Below are positions 57,897 through 64,000 of a DNA stretch of 64,000 bases, one piece after another. The stretch's first letter is position 1. Each line of letters opens with the position of its first letter. Location of the stretch: IMG/VR virus record IMGVR_UViG_3300033997_000243, positions 186,001 through 250,000 of that record. One strand, written 5' to 3'. The position numbers and the translations under genes were made by a program. The notes below the pieces were generated by a model. The model saw only the letters and a list, made by a program, of their open reading frames with translations. It was not told the origin of the DNA and did not search any database.

Positions 57897-57914
57897 ACGA
57901 GGCCGAAGCCTCGT
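57897..57914 (-). terminator. C(UUCG)G hairpin terminator
   Basis: ACGAGGC-TTCG-GCCTCGT followed by TT. Confidence 0.6.
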
Positions 57915-57917
57915 ATA

Positions 57918-58724
57918 TTAAATGCTGAATGCGCTCAACCGATTCTTTTTACCAGTACGCGCAGTTTCTGTTGTGCTAATATGAACCCAACCAGTAAATG
58001 CACCCATATTTGGTTTATGGAATTCAAGAATCAACTGATCATACTGAATCTTACTATCATTTTTGATCCAGTTGAATAAAGATCCATTACTTCCACTCTT
58101 AGTAACTTCAAGATCAACAGCTTCACCTAACGGATGCTGCTTGCCAGCGTAATAGCGATCCCAAAGTTCTAAAATAATCGCATACGTGTGAGTTTTTGAA
58201 TTCAGTGCATTCCGAACTAAATCACGATGATACATAGTTGAATTAATTATGGTAACTAATTCAGCGGCTGTAGGCTCACTGTTGTTGCTGCGACGATAAG
58301 ACTTTGTAACGTATTTACTAAAGCCGTCTTTATAGGTAGCCATGTACTCAACTTCAGGGCCGCGATACCAACTGTTAGGTGTAAAGCCGCCAAACTTATT
58401 GCGGATAACTTCCAAACAAGTTTTAGCTGTGTAACGTGCATTTTCAACAATGTGAATCATGTTGGCAGGTACACGATTTTCAAGGCCATACTTAGTGGCG
58501 TTATCACTACGAATCAACTCTTTATATTTAAAGTTGTCGCTTAAAAGTTCGTCAGGATTAATATCTAAGTAACCATCACCATCTTTATCACGGTAACGAT
58601 CTAAAAGAGTTTGATGTACTTCTTCGGCACTTACCTGCTGTTCAACCAAAATAAATCCTTTTGGATTCAAGTTCACTTTGGCTTCAGTAGCGGTCATATA
58701 CGGATTTGAGTTTGTGAAAAACAT
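57918..58724 (-). CDS. peptidase M15-family protein (candidate endolysin) with an insertion
   Basis: LS.NF...EL.RS, LE.IR..FG...NSWYR, QH..GEAVD, DQLILE and WVHIS. Confidence 0.8.
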   Translation of the reverse strand: MFFTNSNPYMTATEAKVNLNPKGFILVEQQVSAEEVHQTLLDRYRDKDGDGYLDINPDELLSDNFKYKELIRSDNATKYGLENRVPANMIHIVENARYTAKTCLEVIRNKFGGFTPNSWYRGPEVEYMATYKDGFSKYVTKSYRRSNNSEPTAAELVTIINSTMYHRDLVRNALNSKTHTYAIILELWDRYYAGKQHPLGEAVDLEVTKSGSNGSLFNWIKNDSKIQYDQLILEFHKPNMGAFTGWVHISTTETARTGKKNRLSAFSI

Positions 58725-58727
58725 GAA

Positions 58728-59408
58728 TTATCCTCTCTCAATGTTATCAAAAATATCGGCAGGTTTTGCCCTACGTTTAACGCTACGTGCTTGCGCGGCA
58801 GAATTACATTTTGCCTTATCCACCAAGTAATTTTCAAGCTTAGGAAGTGTATTAAACGCCTGAAGAATTTTCTTCAGTATAATATCGTATTCCTTTTTAA
58901 TTTTCTCAGAAGGTTCTTTATTTGATTTGCCGTGAGAAACATTTTTATCTATGAATAAAATTCTTAGATAGTGATCATGCAGCTTGTATAAAACTTCTGG
59001 ATCTTCAATGTCTTTCATTAGCGACCAAGGAACATTTATTCTATTCCCGATCTCTAAAAGATCATAGTGATGTCCGTGGTATTCAATATAATCACGGCCA
59101 AGATCGCGTAACATACCTTTAATATCAGCACCATAAATTCCATAGTATGCAGCTATATAAACTGGTGAACAATCAAAAGCAGAAGCAAGTTCATCAATAG
59201 TGCATAACCGATTTCCATAACGAATACGAACATAAGGACTTGCGTACTGAGATTTTTCAGGTAATTTAATCAATTCATTTGGAATAGATTCAAGTCGTTT
59301 TTCGCACTCACAAACAACACCCATCGTTGTATTGAATTTTGAGTTTGCTGTGCGGTGAACAATGCTGTAACACTTTCCGTACTCAGCTAATAGTTGTTTT
59401 GCTTTCAT
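58728..59408 (-). CDS. DNA-binding protein resembling homing-endonuclease accessory modules
   Basis: CEC motif and two I.Y.G....L.E...... HTH-like repeats; no HNH core seen. Confidence 0.4.
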   Translation of the reverse strand: MKAKQLLAEYGKCYSIVHRTANSKFNTTMGVVCECEKRLESIPNELIKLPEKSQYASPYVRIRYGNRLCTIDELASAFDCSPVYIAAYYGIYGADIKGMLRDLGRDYIEYHGHHYDLLEIGNRINVPWSLMKDIEDPEVLYKLHDHYLRILFIDKNVSHGKSNKEPSEKIKKEYDIILKKILQAFNTLPKLENYLVDKAKCNSAAQARSVKRRAKPADIFDNIERG

Positions 59409-59409
59409 C

Positions 59410-59865
59410 TTAGTTTAGCCTGTGAGGAATAAATTCTGGAATATCAGATAACAATTCATCTAACTGCGTTTTGACAGTGGTAAGAACAGTTTTTCTTATA
59501 CCAACTACATCAGGACTTACTGTAGTCTGATCAATAACAAGAGGAATTTCAATTTGAGCAAATAATTCGCCGTCTTGTTTTTCCATTATCACAGTAGCTA
59601 CTGTCATAAACAAAGTGCAATCTTCAAGACGTTCTGCACCATAATTAAAAATATTTCCTTCATCTATAAAAGATTGAAGATACTCATTGTAACTCTGCGA
59701 CTCTTGATCTTCAGGATCTTGAATCAACTCAAGCTTACCCCAATGCTTGGATGTACTTACAGGAAACTCTGTCAACTGAACATCGACAAGCAAAAGATGG
59801 GAAGGCAGCGATTGATTTAAAATATCACGCCACCAAGTTGTACTTGAATAAGGTTGTATCTGCAA
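59410..59865 (-). CDS. hypothetical protein
   Basis: TTG start with GGAGG SD. Confidence 0.55.
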   Translation of the reverse strand: MQIQPYSSTTWWRDILNQSLPSHLLLVDVQLTEFPVSTSKHWGKLELIQDPEDQESQSYNEYLQSFIDEGNIFNYGAERLEDCTLFMTVATVIMEKQDGELFAQIEIPLVIDQTTVSPDVVGIRKTVLTTVKTQLDELLSDIPEFIPHRLN

Positions 59866-59867
59866 AA

Positions 59868-60701
59868 CTAAGCCTCCATTATGGCTTCTACTTGATTTAA
59901 AATATGAAGATAATGCAAGTCGTGATGTCTTGGGCTTGAATTACTTACAATGCGTAAATGCCCGTCAATAGACTTAATGCAAACTCTGTCGTGATTTAAT
60001 CCAAAATATTTACCGCTCAAGCTAGTGCAAATATCAAGGTCGTAAGTTCTGTATATGAAAAGAGCATATTCATTCATCCAAGATGTCAAACGCCAAATAT
60101 CCATTTCGTCAGAGGTGGATTTGTTTTCGGCTCTGCTTTCAATTAAATCAAATGAATATTTCATTTCAAGCAAAGACTGTACGTTCAACATAAGAGTCTG
60201 ATCTTTTATCAGAAAAATTTTACCTATGCCCGACACATCAAGCTGAGAATCAATTAAGCGATTTAACTTTGAACAAATTGGAAATCCAAAAGATGTTAAC
60301 GCTTTATCAGAAATAGAATCTTTATGGCCATATTTGAAATACCAAGTATCTTCTATTTTTGTAACGGTAACAAAGCTTTCTGTAAAATTGCTTCTCAATG
60401 TATTTATTAATTCACTATGCTCGATAAGTCTAGCCAGCCTGTCAGTTAAAGAATTTGAGGAAGCAGGAACCAAATAGCAAGGAATATCATATCCATGATA
60501 AAGCACGGCATTCATAACTCGTGTCATGCTTGTACTAAAGCAATCAATACGATCTTTAGTTACCTTGAAGATATAAGTACGATTGTATTTTGTTGTGAGT
60601 CTCTCTAAAGCCTCCGAATTATCTTCTAACAAAGACAAGTCTGAGGACTCTTGACTTATAAAACAACGAACAGCTTCATTAGCTGAAAATTGAGTGATCA
60701 T
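59868..60701 (-). CDS. hypothetical protein
   Basis: 277-aa ORF, AGGTG SD. Confidence 0.6.
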   Translation of the reverse strand: MITQFSANEAVRCFISQESSDLSLLEDNSEALERLTTKYNRTYIFKVTKDRIDCFSTSMTRVMNAVLYHGYDIPCYLVPASSNSLTDRLARLIEHSELINTLRSNFTESFVTVTKIEDTWYFKYGHKDSISDKALTSFGFPICSKLNRLIDSQLDVSGIGKIFLIKDQTLMLNVQSLLEMKYSFDLIESRAENKSTSDEMDIWRLTSWMNEYALFIYRTYDLDICTSLSGKYFGLNHDRVCIKSIDGHLRIVSNSSPRHHDLHYLHILNQVEAIMEA

Positions 60702-60728
60702 GATTCACCTGTTATCAGAACTAACAGG

Positions 60729-60748
60729 TTGGGAGCCTAAGCCCCCAA
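60729..60748 (-). terminator. intergenic hairpin
   Basis: TTGGGGGC-TTAG-GCTCCCAA on the minus strand. Confidence 0.4.
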
Positions 60749-60753
60749 ACTTT

Positions 60754-61428
60754 TTAGTTTTTGTTTTTGACTTTGCTGTAATACTTAGGAACTGAAGTCA
60801 AACTCAGTCTTTTGAAAAAATTATGATCTCGAACAACAGATGCAGGAAGGAAAACTGTTAAGTTGTGGCGAGTACCATCAAAAGACCGATTTAAAGCATC
60901 TTCTATTTCTTCCCAAGGTGTACCATAAGAAGAATCGTTACCGAAAAAATAAAGTCCGATGTTGGTCGGTTTATCAAAATCTTCCAACAATTGATTAAAG
61001 CCAGATTCTACAGAATCCAGATCAACGTGGTGAACTTTATTATCTGGAACTTTGTGTCCAAAAGTATTTTGCACGAATATTGTAGTAATATCGAGTTTGC
61101 GTCCGGCATTTCTCTGGTCAACTATGTTAGGTAACTCTGAAGCCGGATAGCAAGAATATTTAAAATGCTTTCCTAGTGCAGTACGTCCGGTGAATTTGCA
61201 AGCAGCTTCTGCTTTAATAAGTTCAGGTATAAACTTATGCAAAGAACCCACAAGACCTTTAGGAACATGGGACGTATTTGAGGCAACAACCAAATCAGAA
61301 AAATTATTTCTTACGCTGTGTACTATAGCGTCCAAGAAATGATCGGTTATCATATAGTTAACTGAATTTGTTTTGCAGCCCAAGCCACCTTTAACCAGCT
61401 GTTGAAGTCTTTGTTCTAATGTTGTCAT
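60754..61428 (-). CDS. divergent macro-domain protein
   Basis: VV.SN....KGL...L, LG, FVQ..FG, D.D....F..L, G.PW..I...L and LTVF match the Poa1p/TARG-like macro fold. Confidence 0.55.
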   Translation of the reverse strand: MTTLEQRLQQLVKGGLGCKTNSVNYMITDHFLDAIVHSVRNNFSDLVVASNTSHVPKGLVGSLHKFIPELIKAEAACKFTGRTALGKHFKYSCYPASELPNIVDQRNAGRKLDITTIFVQNTFGHKVPDNKVHHVDLDSVESGFNQLLEDFDKPTNIGLYFFGNDSSYGTPWEEIEDALNRSFDGTRHNLTVFLPASVVRDHNFFKRLSLTSVPKYYSKVKNKN

Positions 61429-61442
61429 AATATTTCCCCTCG

Positions 61443-62411
61443 CTAACAGTTGAATGTTTCTTTGAACTCAAACTGTTTTTCTACAGAACGAACTTTTCGT
61501 TCGACTTTTTTAGACCAAGGTTCCAACAGATAGGTCGATAATCGTGTATCTACCTTTAAGTCTTTCTTGATCTCAACTAAATCTCTGCACATAAAACAAA
61601 GATCTTGATAAAATGGATCTTTGAGTTTTTTTCCCAAAGCGCCTTTATGTTCTGCTTGGAATATAGAATCAAGATCTTCATACTGCATCAACAATTCGAT
61701 AGCTGTTTTATCTCCGACGCCTGGAATGCCTGGAATGTTATCGCTCTGATCTCCTGTCAGTGCCAAAAGATCCACAAACATTGGAGGAATAACGCCATAC
61801 TTTTCAAGACAACTTTGATATGTAATATCTTGTTCTTCACTGTTGTCTTGTTTTGGTAAACGTAACCTTGTATCAGGTTTTAATAACTGAGCGAAATCAC
61901 CGTCACGACTCCAAATATATTTACGACATTTTAGTTGGAAACACAAGCTTCCTATAATATCGTCGGCCTCACCGTGAACAGAAGTTATAGGGTGAATTCC
62001 ACGCGCAGTCAAAATATCAATAATCATTTTTAATTGTGGGCGAAGTGCAATACTTTTAGCATCGTCACCGTCAGAAAAACGATTACCTTTATAACCACTT
62101 AAATATTTTTCTGGAAATTTAGCAGCATCTTCTCCGCGTAAACGCTTTTCCATGAAATCGCGCATTATTTTCTTGCGCTTGTCCGAACCTTTTTTGTGGT
62201 CAAATACAACAGCTAAAATAACTTGACCTCGTGACGCTAATCTTCTGCGAATAAGAGCATTTAGCATAACGCAAAAAGTTTTAGCTGCTCCAGTAGGTGT
62301 TCCGTCTTTTAACGTCATTCCCTTATTTTTTAAACTGGAGTAATATGCTCGATTGAGCCAATTGTGGCCGTCAATAATATCTATAACCGGATTAGGTTTG
62401 ATTTTACTCAT
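61443..62411 (-). CDS. 5'-3' exonuclease / flap endonuclease (PolI N-terminal, T5 D15-like)
   Basis: IDG.N...RAYY, YK.NR, EADD.IG, SRDGD..QL and GD.SDNIPG.PGVG.KTA. Confidence 0.95.
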   Translation of the reverse strand: MSKIKPNPVIDIIDGHNWLNRAYYSSLKNKGMTLKDGTPTGAAKTFCVMLNALIRRRLASRGQVILAVVFDHKKGSDKRKKIMRDFMEKRLRGEDAAKFPEKYLSGYKGNRFSDGDDAKSIALRPQLKMIIDILTARGIHPITSVHGEADDIIGSLCFQLKCRKYIWSRDGDFAQLLKPDTRLRLPKQDNSEEQDITYQSCLEKYGVIPPMFVDLLALTGDQSDNIPGIPGVGDKTAIELLMQYEDLDSIFQAEHKGALGKKLKDPFYQDLCFMCRDLVEIKKDLKVDTRLSTYLLEPWSKKVERKVRSVEKQFEFKETFNC

Positions 62412-63109
62412 TTGATTATCCCATGTTCGGATAGTTGAATTCTTTCCAATTTATCCGAATCGACCATTAGATTGTATACTAATGGATTTACAGTTTGCGC
62501 TACGTAAGGAGTTTCAGTTTCTTTAGATGCTTTTAACCAACGTAAAGATTTAGCATTTACGTGAACAACTCGTTTTGGCTTAACTTGTGTAATAAGCCAC
62601 TTTTCAAAAAAGCAACCAACGCTGCGATGACACTCAGCAAATTCTTCAAGCTTTTTCGGAGCGAGTATTCCAGAAAGCGTTTTGTATTCTGAAATAATAG
62701 ATCCATTTTCTACTGTATGTATGTCCACAAACTGAAAACTTTTTCCTATAGTCCCCATATTCATAGGAACGCCAGCAAAAATAAAAGATCTTATGTCCGA
62801 TTCTGTTTTCATGTTTTCTAACAACAGACAGAGAACTTTATTCCCACCAAAGAAATGCTTTATGTTTTCAACAGTCAGGTCATAAATATTGTTTATGACA
62901 ACAAGATCTGTTATCACAGGTTTGAACGGCACATCTTCTGGATTAGCGCATAAATAAACGGAATACTTATCACGCACAAATTTTCTTTTCTTTAAAGGAT
63001 TTGGCCAGCTGCCTCTGATTATATATTGCCTTCCATGTATGTCACAGAAATCTGGCCCTTGCTTTTTAGCTGTGTTACTGCAACCACACGAATATAAAGT
63101 GCATATCAT
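62408..63109 (-). CDS. hypothetical protein with an N-terminal Zn-binding motif
   Basis: CGC...C..H; AGGAG SD. Confidence 0.6.
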   Translation of the reverse strand: MICTLYSCGCSNTAKKQGPDFCDIHGRQYIIRGSWPNPLKKRKFVRDKYSVYLCANPEDVPFKPVITDLVVINNIYDLTVENIKHFFGGNKVLCLLLENMKTESDIRSFIFAGVPMNMGTIGKSFQFVDIHTVENGSIISEYKTLSGILAPKKLEEFAECHRSVGCFFEKWLITQVKPKRVVHVNAKSLRWLKASKETETPYVAQTVNPLVYNLMVDSDKLERIQLSEHGIIK

Positions 63110-63147
63110 AAATCTCTCCTATTACTAAAGAAAGATTTACAGTTTTA

Positions 63148-63450
63148 CTAATGCCACTCGGCTCGTTGGTTAATTAATTTCTGGTCTGGATGATTTTGAA
63201 TAAAGGTAGAAAGGTTCCTGTGTAGCTTTCTGCAATTAAGGCGTCCATTTGTATAGCAATAGCAACTTAACTTATCTGGAACCATAAGCGGCATTACCTG
63301 TTGGACTTTCTTTTTAAAGGTTTCCATATAGCGCTGCGCTTCTAGTGTATCGCTTGTATCACATAAAACAACAGTAAGTTCTCCTGCCATTTGATTGCGT
63401 ACAAAATGATTAACGGTTAAAACTGAGGAATGTACAAGTTGAATATTCAT
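63148..63450 (-). CDS. hypothetical protein (start MNIQL)
   Basis: AGGA SD before the ATG at 63450. Confidence 0.55.
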   Translation of the reverse strand: MNIQLVHSSVLTVNHFVRNQMAGELTVVLCDTSDTLEAQRYMETFKKKVQQVMPLMVPDKLSCYCYTNGRLNCRKLHRNLSTFIQNHPDQKLINQRAEWH

Positions 63451-63465
63451 AATGAAATTCCTAAT

Positions 63466-63492
63466 AAAAAAGGGCGACACTGGGCCGCCCTT
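63466..63492 (-). terminator. intrinsic terminator
   Basis: AAGGGCGG...TCGCCCTT followed by a U-tract on the minus strand. Confidence 0.65.
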
Positions 63493-63506
63493 CCTTGGGT
63501 TAACTG

Positions 63507-63884
63507 TTATTCAAAGTCATCTTCTTCAGATTCAGCATCTTCAAAGGACGGTATGATTGTAATCAAAATGGTTTGACGAGTACCAAGCGCTAATAACGTA
63601 ACGCCTGAAATCATTGCAATGTTTTCAACGCCATCTTCTTCAGCTGAAGATTCGTCACCAACATACAATTCGTTTTCTTCCTGAAATTCACCAAAAGCAT
63701 CCACTAAAATTTCAGCTGTTTCGTAGTTAACGATCTCACCAAGATTTACGTATTTATCGTACTCTTGTTCAAAGCGTTTTAAGGTTTCCAGATCTTCCCC
63801 ATTGAAATTTCCAACAGGTAATATAACCAGTGCAGGGGCAGAACTCAAATCAACCTGAGAAAAATCAAACAAAGTTTCCATCAT
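63507..63884 (-). CDS. acidic hypothetical protein
   Basis: AAGGA SD; D/E-rich. Confidence 0.6.
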   Translation of the reverse strand: MMETLFDFSQVDLSSAPALVILPVGNFNGEDLETLKRFEQEYDKYVNLGEIVNYETAEILVDAFGEFQEENELYVGDESSAEEDGVENIAMISGVTLLALGTRQTILITIIPSFEDAESEEDDFE

Positions 63885-64000
63885 TACTTCCTTTACTTTT
63901 TAAGTTGAGATAAAACTGCTTGCATAAGCAGTTTGTTCGGTATGGTTGCCATCATAAAATAAAACAAGTAAGCATCTTGTTGACTAGAAGGCAACTTATA

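Noticed and set aside
199-63900. Numerous short antisense or out-of-frame ORFs in the track (e.g. 199..573, 12327..12716, 24894..25259, 34658..34972, 46615..47073, 53943..54557)
   Set aside because: They lie within well-supported genes on the other strand or frame. His-rich and Pro-rich ones are shadows of collagen codons.
1-64000. tRNA, rRNA or CRISPR arrays
   Set aside because: Intergenic gaps are short, and no cloverleaf or repeat-spacer pattern was seen by eye. tRNAscan-SE would be the decisive check.

Overview
AT-rich, densely coding segment of a large (probably jumbo) contractile-tailed phage of a Gram-negative host. It has three blocks. (1) About 1-13.9 kb, minus strand: accessory and nucleotide genes, including a Tad1-type anti-Thoeris sponge, thymidylate synthase, a 2OG-Fe(II) oxygenase, RNase H, and a cluster of otherwise dissimilar proteins (one an R-S-E ADP-ribosyltransferase) that share the N-terminal peptide MK(I/V)LV(S/N)xS(A/S). 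(2) About 13.9-54.5 kb, plus strand: a late operon with PAAR, gp25-like and baseplate wedge genes, four collagen-like fibre chains, two fibre proteins ending in Hint domains, Calx-beta proteins with nested inserts, a periplasmic-binding-protein/membrane module, an ~10 kb array of paralogous scaffold and discoidin-like genes, and holin/spanin/DUF1353 lysis genes. (3) About 54.5-64 kb, minus strand: a truncated terminase-like ATPase, a MazG-like protein, a P-loop kinase carrying the same leader, an M15 peptidase, a macro domain and a 5'-3' exonuclease. The strongest novelty candidate is the shared MKILVSLS leader, inferred to be a portable capsid-targeting and cleavage tag for injected effectors. 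Other candidates are the Hint-terminated fibres, the cysteine-registered collagen paralogues and possible terminase/capsid decoys. All calls come from motif recognition by eye; no database searches were run.
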